From: Candidatus Eremiobacteria bacterium
GTDB lineage: Bacteria > Vulcanimicrobiota > Vulcanimicrobiia > Vulcanimicrobiales > Vulcanimicrobiaceae
Reading direction: 5' to 3'
NCBI GenBank assembly: GCA_963737065.1
Contig: CAVTRC010000001.1
Location: 1,312,001 to 1,376,000, forward strand
DNA length: 64,000 nucleotides
Within the stretch, counting starts at the first letter, position 1, and every line of letters begins with the position of its first letter. Below are positions 11,401-20,810 of the stretch, one piece after another. The notes under the pieces were generated by a model. It saw only the letters and a program-made list of their open reading frames with translations, did no database searches and was not told where the DNA came from. A program made the translations under genes and the position numbers.

Positions 11401-11585
11401 TAGAAGAGATTCGGTTGGTCGGGTACGCCTGCCACCGCCACCACGCGGCCGCCGATGTAGGGACCGACGAGACGCCACTCCATCTTGCTCAGCAGCTTTT
11501 CGGATGCGGAGCTTGACGCGGCGGGAACAGCATTTGGCGCCACGGCAAACGCCGCGGCTAGTAGAGTAGCAACAAAGCGCTTCAT
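8493..11585 (-). CDS. Secreted VPS10/BNR repeat beta-propeller protein; paralog 1
   Basis: Same architecture as 5291..8386 and colinear with it along the whole length. Confidence 0.87.
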   Translation of the reverse strand: MKRFVATLLAAAFAVAPNAVPAASSSASEKLLSKMEWRLVGPYIGGRVVAVAGVPDQPNLFYMGGVQGGVWKSENYGSSWDNITDGKMGSLSHSIGAIAVAPSNSKVIYVGTGESDIRGDWANGEGVYKSTDAGSTWKYAGLSDTRQTSSIVIDPRNADVAYATSMGHVFEPNSERGVYKTTDGGKTWAKILFVDERTGANTIVMDAKNPNVLYAAMWQAQRTPWTLNSGGPGSAIYKTTDAGKTWKKISTNPGFATGELGKMGVAVAPNNSNVVYAIVQAKDGGVFRSDNGGANWTRVNDEWKLRQRAFYYMAIYVDPTNWKVAYAPNVDSVFKTTDGGHTWKPLGPGLGDNHIIWVNPRNPKVLIIGDDGGANVSVDGGKTFSTTTNQPLSQFYHIVLDGQFPYHMYGAMQDAGAFEIPSASNEGLGLNVVHGVALGESTYVAVDPTDPKVTYGGAYYSVLARLNTATGDEKNVTPWAIYLPGHSAAETKYRFGWTHPVMFSPAEPHTLFEAAQVVFRSDDYGRTWKVISPDLTRNDKSTEGPSGGNVYWDQTGAETFPDVASLGFSPVNKDIIWAGSADGLVHVTQNGGSSWKNVTPKQLGSQWSRISSFEPSQTEQCTAWVTASRYMWDDMRPYIFKTTDCGANWTEMTNGIPSDQSVYAVRIDPREPRVMFAGTRSRVYVSLNAGASWQSLALNLPPVEVRDIAINAREGEVAIATHGRSFWALDHLQQIEDVARETSPSASTAQVFQPETAWLTHAYGGGSFGPSGDNPDYGATIFFSLPANYNGRTPVTLSFQDANGKTIRTFDLHLKNKKAKHYEGWELTAMDAISVANYHLSQSTAVEPGMNRFGWDMRYAPAAEIVGQHIVPTEDFRDDLVGPTTLPGDYTVVLNYGGNASKASFKIQLDPRFNPAADELPSRLSLAMELSNKIDELNSTVNAAQRKMASLAASKRAAVEMAVTSVYEPRYRSSEADIMLPSKLRDHLAMLMNSLDLSYSAPTAAEQDAAKQLENQADAAIARIKAAAGL

Positions 11586-11592
11586 CCAGGCG

Positions 11593-12546
11593 CTATACCG
11601 CTGCTTTTTGCCGGTTCCTGTATGTCGCGGTCACCCACGTGGCATAGTTCGCTTCGCGGTTTCGCACCGCGCGTTGATAGCAGTCCGAAAGCTTGCGCGA
11701 GACCGGCCCCATCGCGCCGTCGCCGACGATGCGCTTGTCGACCGAACGGATGTAGCCGATGCCGGCGGCCGTCCCGGTAAAGAACGCCTCGTCCGCAGTA
11801 TACAGTTCACCGCGGTCGATCGAACGCTCGACGATTCGAATGTCGAACTGTTCTTGTGCGATCTGCATGATCGCACGGCGCGTGCATCCTTCGAGCACGT
11901 TCTGCGAAGGGTCGGGCGTGTAGAGCGTCCCGTTCCGGACCAAGAATACATTTTCCGCGGAACCTTCGGAAACATGACCGTCGTGCGAAAGCAGAATCGC
12001 CTCGTCATATCCGTTGCCGATTGCTTCGCTCTTTGCAAGTGCCGAGTTGACGTAGAGCCCGGTGATCTTCGCGCGCGGTGGCGCGGACGCATCGTCCGCG
12101 CGGCGCCACGAGCTCACACAAACATTGAGACCCTTCGACGTATCGAGATAGTTCGTAAATGGAACCGGAATGATCGCGAAATAATCGGGAACGCCGTGCA
12201 GACGCACGCCGATGTCTTCAGCGCACTTGAAAATGCACGGCCGTAAATACATGTCGGTACGGAAATTATTGCGTTGAACGAGGTCGACCGTAATCCGGAT
12301 CAACTCATCGACGCTATACGGCAACGCCATCGTTAAGATCTTCGCCGAGAGTTGCAGCCGCTCGTAATGATCGCGCAAGAGGACGAGATACAGCTCTTGA
12401 TCTTCCGGCTGCCAGTAGCCGCGGATCCCTTCGAAACAGCCGGTGCCGTACTGCAGCCCGTGCGTAAGCAAACCGACTTTCGCATCCTCATACCGGCGAA
12501 AGTCGCCGTTCGCGAAGACGGTGATCGACGAAAGATCCACGTTCAT
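11593..12546 (-). CDS. ilvE: Branched-chain amino acid aminotransferase (class IV PLP)
   Basis: HGLQYGTGCFEGIRGY, PLP lysine in AKITGLYVNS, EGSAENVF and GTAA motifs. Confidence 0.88.
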   Translation of the reverse strand: MNVDLSSITVFANGDFRRYEDAKVGLLTHGLQYGTGCFEGIRGYWQPEDQELYLVLLRDHYERLQLSAKILTMALPYSVDELIRITVDLVQRNNFRTDMYLRPCIFKCAEDIGVRLHGVPDYFAIIPVPFTNYLDTSKGLNVCVSSWRRADDASAPPRAKITGLYVNSALAKSEAIGNGYDEAILLSHDGHVSEGSAENVFLVRNGTLYTPDPSQNVLEGCTRRAIMQIAQEQFDIRIVERSIDRGELYTADEAFFTGTAAGIGYIRSVDKRIVGDGAMGPVSRKLSDCYQRAVRNREANYATWVTATYRNRQKAAV

Positions 12547-12864
12547 CTCCCTTAATTACTTGCCGCTCTCCAAAACGGCGGAAATCGCTCGAAGGTTGCC
12601 GCTTCGATTTCGGCGCACCTCTAGTGAGACTCCTAACTTCACATGCCGCGCGTCGTCGAGGTTTTCGTAACGTTGCTATGTCGAGCGCGAGTTCGTCGCA
12701 TACCGCAAATGGCCTGACGCGCAACGTTCGCAGAGTGCGTCGCCGTCTGCAGTTGCTTCCCGGCCCAAGCGGTTCGCAAACCGGCATGCTGATCGGGTGG
12801 TTGCGCGCGTGCCGGCATGAATGATCGTGATGCTCGGCGCGCTCGCCGGCTTGGGTCTAGAGAG

Positions 12865-15135
12865 ATGATGCGTCGTTTGCTCGTGCTAACTGCGATTGCC
12901 ACCATCACCCTCGTGCCGGGCGTGATGCACGCGTTCGCGCGTTCAGCGCCAATCGTTACGGCGCTTCTCCCCACCGGCTGGCGTATCTCGGAGCCCACGT
13001 CGCGCGTCGCGACAATCGGAACGATGCCGCAAGGGGTTGCGCTCTCACCGGACGGCACGGAGCTCGCCGTCCTCGAAGCCGGCTTCAATCCGCCTGCGCT
13101 TCGGATTCTGGCCGTGCCGGATCTTCACACGATTCGCGTTATTCCGGTGAAGGATGCGTTCGGCTCGCCGCTTTGGCTCGGTAACCGGACCGTTCTCGCT
13201 CCCGGCGCTTCAATGGACGCCGTTCTTTCTATCGACGTCGCCGCCGGCGCCGTGACGACGCTTCAACACGCCGAAGGCTACGTAAGCGCGATCGCCGTCT
13301 CCGGTACGACGATGGCAAGCACGAGCGACACAGGCAACGAGGTTGACGCATTTCGGTTGGCCGGCGCGAGCAGTACCCCGCTTCGCACGGTGCGCACGGG
13401 TTCGCACCCGGCGGCGGCCGTTATCGCACGCGATGCGGTGTACGTCGCCGACAAGGGCGCTGCAACGGTCACGAAAGCGCAATTGCGGCTGCACGCGACG
13501 ATCGAACCGCCCGTTACGATCGCGGTCGATCTCCATCCGGCGGCGCTTGCGCTTTCGAGCGATCAACGCCGGCTCTACGTCGCATGCGCCGACGACGATA
13601 CGATCGACGTGATCGATACTGCGAGCGACCGCGTCACGCAGCGCATCAACGTAGGGTTAGCGCGCGGATACGGCGCATCGCCGAACGCGCTTGCCCTCGC
13701 GGCGGACGGGACGCTGTACGCATCGCTCGGCGGCGAAAATGCGGTTGCCGAAATCCGGGGCGGAAAAGTGGTCGCGCGCGTCGCCGCCGGCTGGTATCCG
13801 AGCGGTGTCGCGGTCGATGCGAACAACGTCTACGTGATCGACGGAAAGGGCGAGGGTTCGCACGCGAATCCGCAATTCGACCCGACGGCACACCACGGTC
13901 CCGGGTACGTTGCCGCAATTCTCGACGGATCCGTCCGTAAGATGCCGCGCAGCGCCTTCACCGCTCAAAGCACGGCGATCGTTCTCTCGAATATTCCTTC
14001 ACCGCAACCTACGCCGTCGCAAACGTCCGTGCGCGCAGACGGACCGATCAAACACGTCGTGTACGTCATCAAAGAGAATCGCACGTACGATCAAGTGCTC
14101 GGCGATGTTCCGGGCGCGGACGGCGATGCGCAGCTCGCATGGTTCGGCGAGAACGTGACGCCGAATCAACATGCGCTAACGCAGCGGTTCGGCATCTTCG
14201 ACAACACCTACACCGATGCGCAAGTGAGCGCAAACGGGCATAACTGGTCGACGGCCGCGTTTGCAAACGATTATCTCGAACGTTTTTGGCCACCGAGCTA
14301 CGGTGGGCGCCGCGAGCTTTACGACTTTGAAGACGGGGCGGTCGCGAGTACGCCGCATAACGGATACATCTGGGATAATGCAGACAAACATGGCGTTTCA
14401 CTACGCGATTACGGCGAATTCGTATCCTACGCCGTGATCGGCGGCGGCTTCGTGACGACCAGCATGCCGGGACTCACGGGAAAAATCGACGAGCGCTATC
14501 CCGGATTCGATTTGCAAGTGAGCGACGAACGGCGCATCGACGAATGGAAGCGCGAATTCGACGGCTACGTGCAGCGCGGCGATCTTCCGGCGCTCGAGAT
14601 CGTGCGCCTTCCCAACGACCACACGTCGGGAACCAAACCGGGTTCGCTCACGCCGCAGGCGTACGTCGCGCAGAACGATCACGCGTTCGGCCGCCTCGTT
14701 GACATCATTTCCCACTCGAAGTACTGGCCGAGCACGGCAATTTTCGCAATCGAAGACGATGCGCAAAACGGTCCGGATCATGTCGACGATCAGCGCACGA
14801 CGTTCTATCTCGTCTCACCGTATGCGGCGCACGGCGTACATCACGCGCACTATAGCACATCGGCTGTGCTTCGTACGATGGAGCTACTGCTCGGGCTGCC
14901 GCCGATGTCGATGTACGATGCGGTTGCGCCGCCGCTCTACGACGCATTCACGCTTGCGCCGTCGCTCGCTCCGTTCAACGCGATCCGGCCGCGCATCGAC
15001 GTCAACGCCAAGAACGAACGAACGGCGTACGGCGCAGCTGAAAGCGCGCGCATGGATTTCAGCCGCGCCGATAACGTCGACGACGCGCAGCTCAACGATA
15101 TCCTGCGCCACGCTGCGGGTAAGCCATCCCAATGA
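12865..15135 (+). CDS. Secreted YncE/YVTN beta-propeller fused to a phosphoesterase (alkaline phosphatase superfamily) domain
   Basis: Signal peptide; GWYP propeller repeats; IKENRTYDQ, LPNDHTSG and EDDAQNGPDHVD motifs. Confidence 0.85.
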   Translation: MMRRLLVLTAIATITLVPGVMHAFARSAPIVTALLPTGWRISEPTSRVATIGTMPQGVALSPDGTELAVLEAGFNPPALRILAVPDLHTIRVIPVKDAFGSPLWLGNRTVLAPGASMDAVLSIDVAAGAVTTLQHAEGYVSAIAVSGTTMASTSDTGNEVDAFRLAGASSTPLRTVRTGSHPAAAVIARDAVYVADKGAATVTKAQLRLHATIEPPVTIAVDLHPAALALSSDQRRLYVACADDDTIDVIDTASDRVTQRINVGLARGYGASPNALALAADGTLYASLGGENAVAEIRGGKVVARVAAGWYPSGVAVDANNVYVIDGKGEGSHANPQFDPTAHHGPGYVAAILDGSVRKMPRSAFTAQSTAIVLSNIPSPQPTPSQTSVRADGPIKHVVYVIKENRTYDQVLGDVPGADGDAQLAWFGENVTPNQHALTQRFGIFDNTYTDAQVSANGHNWSTAAFANDYLERFWPPSYGGRRELYDFEDGAVASTPHNGYIWDNADKHGVSLRDYGEFVSYAVIGGGFVTTSMPGLTGKIDERYPGFDLQVSDERRIDEWKREFDGYVQRGDLPALEIVRLPNDHTSGTKPGSLTPQAYVAQNDHAFGRLVDIISHSKYWPSTAIFAIEDDAQNGPDHVDDQRTTFYLVSPYAAHGVHHAHYSTSAVLRTMELLLGLPPMSMYDAVAPPLYDAFTLAPSLAPFNAIRPRIDVNAKNERTAYGAAESARMDFSRADNVDDAQLNDILRHAAGKPSQ

Positions 15136-15854
15136 CGCCTTGGGTGCTTGCCGGCACGACGTTTTTCGCGTCCGCGGTCGAATTCGTCGAAGCGGCGACG
15201 ATCGTTCTAGCCGTTGCGGTAACGCAAGGCTGGCGCTGCGCAATCGGTGGGACGCTTGCCGCAACCGCCGCGCTGATCGTGCTCGTCGGCGTCGGCACGC
15301 CGCTCCTCATGAACGCCGTGAACCTCCGGCGGCTCGAATTGATCGTCGGACCGTTTTTGATTCTCTTCGGAATCGCGTGGCTGCGGAAATCGGTATGGCG
15401 ATATGCGGGTCGCAAAGCGCTGCACGACGAGGACGCGATTTATCGGCGGCAGGTGGAGCATTTACGTGCTCGCCGCGAGCAGCGGTATGGCTTTGCGGTT
15501 GCATTTCAAGGCGTCTTCGTGGAGGGACTCGAGGTTGCAGTGATCGTCGTGACGTTCGCGGCATCAACGCCGGCGCTCGTCGCCTGGTCGATGGGCGGTG
15601 CGCTCATCGCCCTCGCGTCGGTGGTGATCGCAACGATCGCGCTGCGAACGCCGTTTTCGCGCGTTCCGGAAAACCTGCTCAAGGGCGTCGTGGGCGTCAT
15701 GCTGCTCTCGCTCGGGACGTTTTGGACCGGCGAAGGCGCACATATCGTTTGGCCGCTTGAGGACGCCGCGCTGTTCGCGTTCATCGCCGGGTACGCGCTG
15801 ATCGGTCTTGCGTTGATCGCGGCCCAACGAAAATTGTTTAATGCGCCTAGTTAA
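15132..15854 (+). CDS. COG4280-like membrane protein (FTR1/GDT1-related, with ExxE motifs)
   Basis: VEFVEAATIV and VFVEGLEVAV motifs; multiple TM helices; ATGA overlap with the upstream gene. Confidence 0.75.
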   Translation: MTPWVLAGTTFFASAVEFVEAATIVLAVAVTQGWRCAIGGTLAATAALIVLVGVGTPLLMNAVNLRRLELIVGPFLILFGIAWLRKSVWRYAGRKALHDEDAIYRRQVEHLRARREQRYGFAVAFQGVFVEGLEVAVIVVTFAASTPALVAWSMGGALIALASVVIATIALRTPFSRVPENLLKGVVGVMLLSLGTFWTGEGAHIVWPLEDAALFAFIAGYALIGLALIAAQRKLFNAPS

Positions 15855-16014
15855 TGAAATATATGACTTCATCACAGGCGGATCGGTGGTGACGCCCATA
15901 GGCGTGGCGTGCGCGATCGCCGCTGCGTTTCTGATGCCCGCATTCCGTGCGGAAATCTTTGTTGCAATCGTCGCGCTGACGTTCGGAGCGTCGACGTTCG
16001 AGAAACCAGACTGA
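15841..16014 (+). CDS. Small 57-aa membrane protein (not in the ORF track)
   Basis: MRLVNEIYDFITGGSVVTPIGVACAIAAAFLMPAFRAEIFVAIVALTFGASTFEKPD; two hydrophobic segments; overlaps the end of the COG4280 gene. Confidence 0.6.
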   Translation: MRLVNEIYDFITGGSVVTPIGVACAIAAAFLMPAFRAEIFVAIVALTFGASTFEKPD

Positions 16015-16106
16015 TATGCAGAATGCCAAGCACGGGCTATGTTAAGCACTTCAGCACTCAATCAGGCTGCTAGTTCGCACCGGCTGGATCTACGTAAGGA
16101 GAACAC

Positions 16107-17447
16107 ATGAACGCTTCCGCATCCTCAGGAAACCGCTGGGCAATTGCATCAGCCGGCGTCGTCGTGATGCTCTGCTTGGGAACGGTTTATTCGTGGAGTC
16201 TGTTCACGAACTCGTTCGTCGCCGGTTTTAACTGGTCGACGCAAGATGCGACGCTCGCGTTTGAGCTCGCGATCTTTTTCCTTGGAGTTGGAGCAGTTTT
16301 CGGCGGCCGGTGGCAGGACCGCGTCGGTCCTCGAACCGTCACCATTATCGGCGCCGTTTTGTGGGGAATCGGCGTTGCGCTCGCGGGATTCGGTACCGAA
16401 GCGCTCGGCAAATGGTGGCTGTACCTGACATACGGCGTCCTTGGTGGTTTCGGAACGGGAATGGCATACGTCACGCCGGTCGCAATGGTGACGAAGTGGT
16501 TTCCCGACCGTCGCGGCTTCGGCAGCGGAATGGTCGTCATGGGCTTCGGCCTCGGCGCATTCGTCTACAACCAAATTATCACGCGTCTCGACGTCTACAA
16601 AGCCGCAGCAAAGCCGGCGGGCGCGTTCGTCGCCGCGCGCGCGGCAGCGATTAAAGCCGGAACGACGTTCGATCCGTCGCAGTATGCGATGCCGGCCGGA
16701 TCGCTGCACGGGTTGATGATGCTTTTTGCCGTTTCCGGAATCGTGTTCATCATTCTGGGCGGGCTCAGCGCGATCGTGCTGCGCAATCCGCATGACGCCT
16801 ATACCGTCGCCGGAGCAAGCGAAAGCGCAACGGTGGCGAGCGGCGTGCATCACACGCCCGGTAAAGCGATGCGCATGCCGCAGATGTACGGCTTGTGGCT
16901 GCTCCTCTTTCTCAACGTCACGGCCGGAATCTTGATCATTTCGAACGCCGCGCCGATTTACACCGAATTGACGGGCGCGTCGCCGGCGGTTGCCGGACAG
17001 GTGTATGGGGTGCTTGCGATCTTCAACGGTCTCGGCCGTTTCTTCTGGGGCTGGGTCTCGGATCGTCTGGGACGCGCTTTGACGTATACCGTCATGTACT
17101 TGATCCAGGCGGTGATTTTCTTCTTGATGGCGCACACCGGCGGATTCGTTGCCGTCGGCATCTACTTCGCGATCGTTCTGCTCTGCTACGGCGGCGGCTT
17201 CGGCGTCATGCCGTCGTTCAACGCCGACTTCTTCGGCACGCGCTACATGGGGCAGAATTACGGCATCATTCTGACGGCGTGGGGCGTCGCCGGAATCGTA
17301 GGGCCGTTCATCGCGGCGAAGTTCAAAGATGTAACGGGATCGTATTCGGGAGCGCTTATCCCCGTCGCGATCATGCTATTGATTGCTGCAATCATCCCGT
17401 TCTTCGTCAAGAAGCCGACGGAAGAACCACAACGCGCCACGGCGTAG
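16107..17447 (+). CDS. OFA-family MFS transporter (oxalate/formate antiporter-like)
   Basis: GTVYSWS, GRWQDRVGPR, KWFPDRRG, FNGLGRFFWG and YGGGFG motifs; SD AAGGAG; directly upstream of the FDH genes. Confidence 0.88.
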   Translation: MNASASSGNRWAIASAGVVVMLCLGTVYSWSLFTNSFVAGFNWSTQDATLAFELAIFFLGVGAVFGGRWQDRVGPRTVTIIGAVLWGIGVALAGFGTEALGKWWLYLTYGVLGGFGTGMAYVTPVAMVTKWFPDRRGFGSGMVVMGFGLGAFVYNQIITRLDVYKAAAKPAGAFVAARAAAIKAGTTFDPSQYAMPAGSLHGLMMLFAVSGIVFIILGGLSAIVLRNPHDAYTVAGASESATVASGVHHTPGKAMRMPQMYGLWLLLFLNVTAGILIISNAAPIYTELTGASPAVAGQVYGVLAIFNGLGRFFWGWVSDRLGRALTYTVMYLIQAVIFFLMAHTGGFVAVGIYFAIVLLCYGGGFGVMPSFNADFFGTRYMGQNYGIILTAWGVAGIVGPFIAAKFKDVTGSYSGALIPVAIMLLIAAIIPFFVKKPTEEPQRATA

Positions 17448-17472
17448 TCTTTCTTACAACGCGAGGTCTAGA

Positions 17473-20400
17473 GTGAAAACGACGATCGATCTTACGCAAT
17501 TCGCGTGGCCCGGACAGCTCGGTGCCGGCGAACGCGTGGGCAGCTTGCCGAACGTTCCATCGAAGCGAACGAAGCAACTCAAAGCGCGGATCGCCAACGC
17601 GAAGGCGGTCACGAGCCTTTGCTGTTACTGCGCGGTCGGCTGCAGTTTGCTCGCGTACGTCGATGATGACGGAACGCTCCTCGACGTCGAAGGCAATCCG
17701 GAAAGTCCGATCAACGGCGGACACCTCTGCCCGAAAGGATCGGCGATTTTCGGACTGACGGTGAACGATCAGCGATGGACGACCGTCAAGTATCGCGCCC
17801 CGTACTCCGACCGGTACGAGGAACGCCCGCTGGAGTGGGCGCTCGAGCGCATCGCGCAGCTCACGAGAGAAACGCGCGAGAAAACGTTCGCGCGCGAGTG
17901 GACGAATCCAGTCACGGGCGACAAACGGCGCGTCAATCATACGCTCGGCATCGCATCGCTCGGCGGCGCGACGTTCGGCATCGAAGAGAACTACATGCTG
18001 GGCAAGTTGATGCACTCGCTCGGCGTCGTTTCCATCGAAAACCAAGCCCGAATATGACACTCCTCGACGGTGCCCAGTTTGGGCACCTCGTTCGGGCGCG
18101 GCGGCGCCACCGTTTGGCTTCCGGATCTCGCGAACGCCGACTGCATTCTGATCGAAGGTTCGAACTTCGCTGAAGCGCATCCGGTCGGGTATCGGTTCGT
18201 GATGAAGGCAAAGGAACGGGGCGCGACGATCGTTCACGTCGATCCCCGCTTCACGCGCACGTCGGCAACGGCGGACATCTACGCGCCGATCCGCAGCGGG
18301 AGCGACATCGCATTCCTGGGCGGCATCATCAACTACGTGCTGACGAACGAGCGGTACTTCAAAGAGTACGTGTACGCCTACACGAATGCCGCGAACATCG
18401 TCAGCGAAGCGTTCAAAGATACGGAAGATCTCGACGGCGTCTTTTCGGGATACGACGAAGCGGGCCGCGTCTACGACCCGAGCAGCTGGGAATACGAAAA
18501 AGACGAGAACGGACACGTCAAACGCGATCCGACCTTCGCGCATCCGCGCTGCGTGCTCAACCTCTTGCGCCGGCATTATTCACGGTACACGCCGGAGATC
18601 GTCGAACGCGTCTGCGGAACGCCGCAAGAAACGTTCTTACGGATCGCCGATGTGATCGCATCGAACAGCGGACGCGAGAAAACGACCGCGTTTGCATACG
18701 CGGTCGGCTGGACGCAGCACACGGCCGGCGTGCAGATGATTCGCACGGCCGCGGTGCTGCAGTTGCTGCTCGGCAACATCGGACGCCCGGGCGGCGGAAT
18801 CATGGCATTGCGCGGACATGCCGACATTCAAGGCGCCACGGACATTGCAACGCTCTACGACTTGTTGCCCGGCTATCTGCCGATGCCCTCGGCGCTCCGG
18901 GATGAACAAACGCTCGATGCGTGGTTGAAGAACAACACGAAGCCGACCGGCTGGTGGGCCAACACGCCAAAATATATGATTTCGCTGCTCAAAGCGTTCT
19001 ACGGCGAGCACGCCACGAAAGAAAGCGATTACTGCTACGACTATCTTCCGCAATTGATCGCCGACCACTCGATGCTCCCACTGACCTTCGCGATGAAAGA
19101 CGGTACGGTAAAAGGCTATTTCGCGATCGGACAAAACCCGGGCGCATCGGGTCAAAACGCGGAGCTCATGAAAGCGGCGATGGAACGCTTGGAGTGGTTC
19201 GTCAACATCGACAGCTACGATAACGAAACGGTCTCCTTCTGGCGTCGCGAAGGCGCGGACCCGAGGAGCATCGGCACGGAAGTGTTCTTCCTGCCCGCTG
19301 CGACGGTACTCGAAAAAGAAGGCACGATGACGCAAACGAGCCGGATGCTGCAGTGGCACGATCGAGCGGTCGAACCGGCAGGCGATTCCAAGAGCGACGC
19401 GTGGTACTTCACGTGGTTTGCGAAGCGGCTGAAAGAATTGTACGCCGATTCGACGGATCCAAAAGATCGTCCGATCCGGCACATGACCTGGGATTACGAC
19501 CACGATGATGCGCAGCAGCGCGCAAACGGCGAGCCGTCGGTATTGAAAGTGCTACAAGAAATCAACGGGTATCGCGTTGCGGACGGCGAGCAAGTCGGCG
19601 GCTTCGGCGAACTGAGCGACGACGGATCGACGGCGTGCGGCGGATGGATTTACAGCGGCGTGTGTCCCGACAAGCAGACGAACAAAGCCCGCAACCGAGA
19701 CGCCGGCGGTCCGTACACCGCGCCGAACTGGGGATGGGCATGGCCGGCCAATCGCCGTACGCTCTACAATCGCGCGTCCGCGGATCCGGACGGCAAGCCG
19801 TGGAGCGAGCGCAAGAAGTATGTCTGGTGGGATGAGAGCCAAGGAAAATGGACCGGGATCGACGTGCCCGATTTCATCGCGACGAAAGCACCGGACACGC
19901 CCGCGAATCCCGACGGCAGCGGGATGGACGCGCATTCGGGCTCGGATCCGTTCATCATGATGCTCGACGGACGCGGACAGCTCTTCGTTGCGAGCGGATT
20001 GAAAGACGGCCCGCTGCCCGCGCATTACGAACCGCTGCAATCGGTCGTGGAAAACCAACTCTACGGCCAACAAAGTAATCCAACGCTGGGCGAGTATCTG
20101 CGCGACGACAATCCGTATAACGGTGTCGTGTCCGACGAGTATCCGTACGTGCTGACCACGTATCGCATTACCGAACAATCCGGAATTATGACCCGCTACG
20201 TTCCATGGCTCGCTGAACTGCAGCCTTCGGCCTTTGCGGAAATCGATCCGGATCTCGCCGTCGAAAAGGGCATCAAGAGCGGTGATTGGATGACGATTTC
20301 TACCGCGCTCGGCGATATGGAAGCGCGCGCGCTCGTGAGCGGTCGTTTGCAGCCTTTGCGCATTGGCTCGAAGGGCGAGCGCAAACGCATCCACCAAGTC

Positions 20401-20691
20401 GGCGTGCCGTACAATTACGGCGACATGGTTGGTCTCGCACGCGGAGACAGCGTCGGGAATCTCATTTCGATCGCGCTCGATCCCAACGTATCGATTCACG
20501 AATCGAAAACGTTGACGTGCGACATCCGCGCCGGGCGCCGGCCGCCGCACCGGCGCGGCCGCGTCGACGAAGCCGTCCCCGCGAGCGAACGCGATCCGCT
20601 CGGCCAACCGATCGGCGATTGGGCCAGCGCGCACCACGGTCACGGCTACACGCTTCAATCGGGCGAAGAAGGAGGCGCATCCGACGTCTGA
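17473..20691 (+). CDS. fdnG: Formate dehydrogenase alpha subunit (FdnG/FdoG type), selenoprotein read through UGA at 18055-18057
   Basis: CCYCAVGC...HLCPKG Fe-S motif; ENQARI-U-HSSTVPSLG; ORFs 17383..18057 and 18070..20691 are in the same frame; ALRGH and LTTYR motifs; no twin-arginine signal. Confidence 0.92.
18069..18087 (+). promoter_or_regulatory. Bacterial SECIS element
   Basis: Perfect hairpin GGTGCCCA-gtt-TGGGCACC separated from the in-frame UGA by 11 nt, with GU in the loop. Confidence 0.8.
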
Positions 20692-20732
20692 TGGCAACCG
20701 GCATGAGGGTAGAGGTCCGCTAATGGCCCCAG

Positions 20733-20775
20733 CCCTTCGACTCCGCCGCCTACGGCGGCTGCGCTCAGGATGACA
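20733..20775. repeat. REP-like palindromic element between the FDH alpha and beta genes
   Basis: CCCTTCGACTCC-GCCGCC-tac-GGCGGC-TGCGCTCAGGATGACA resembles GTCATCCTGAGC...GTCGAAGG-type REP sequences; flanked by a 24/28 imperfect direct repeat (20700-20727 and 20788-20815). Confidence 0.55.
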
Positions 20776-20810
20776 ACAGAGGTACCTGGCATGAGGTTAG
20801 AGGCGCGCTG

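Noticed and set aside
5291..11585. Repeated DNA words suggesting an array
   Set aside because: Explained by BNR/Asp-box coding repeats and the gene duplication; there is no CRISPR-like periodicity.
12560..12625. Canonical lysine riboswitch
   Set aside because: About 65 nt versus roughly 170 nt expected, with no P1 pairing or P2/P3 arms; kept only as an unclassified leader.
18055..18057. Apparent premature stop splitting the FDH alpha gene
   Set aside because: It is an in-frame UGA at the catalytic Sec position with a SECIS hairpin, so this is not a pseudogene.
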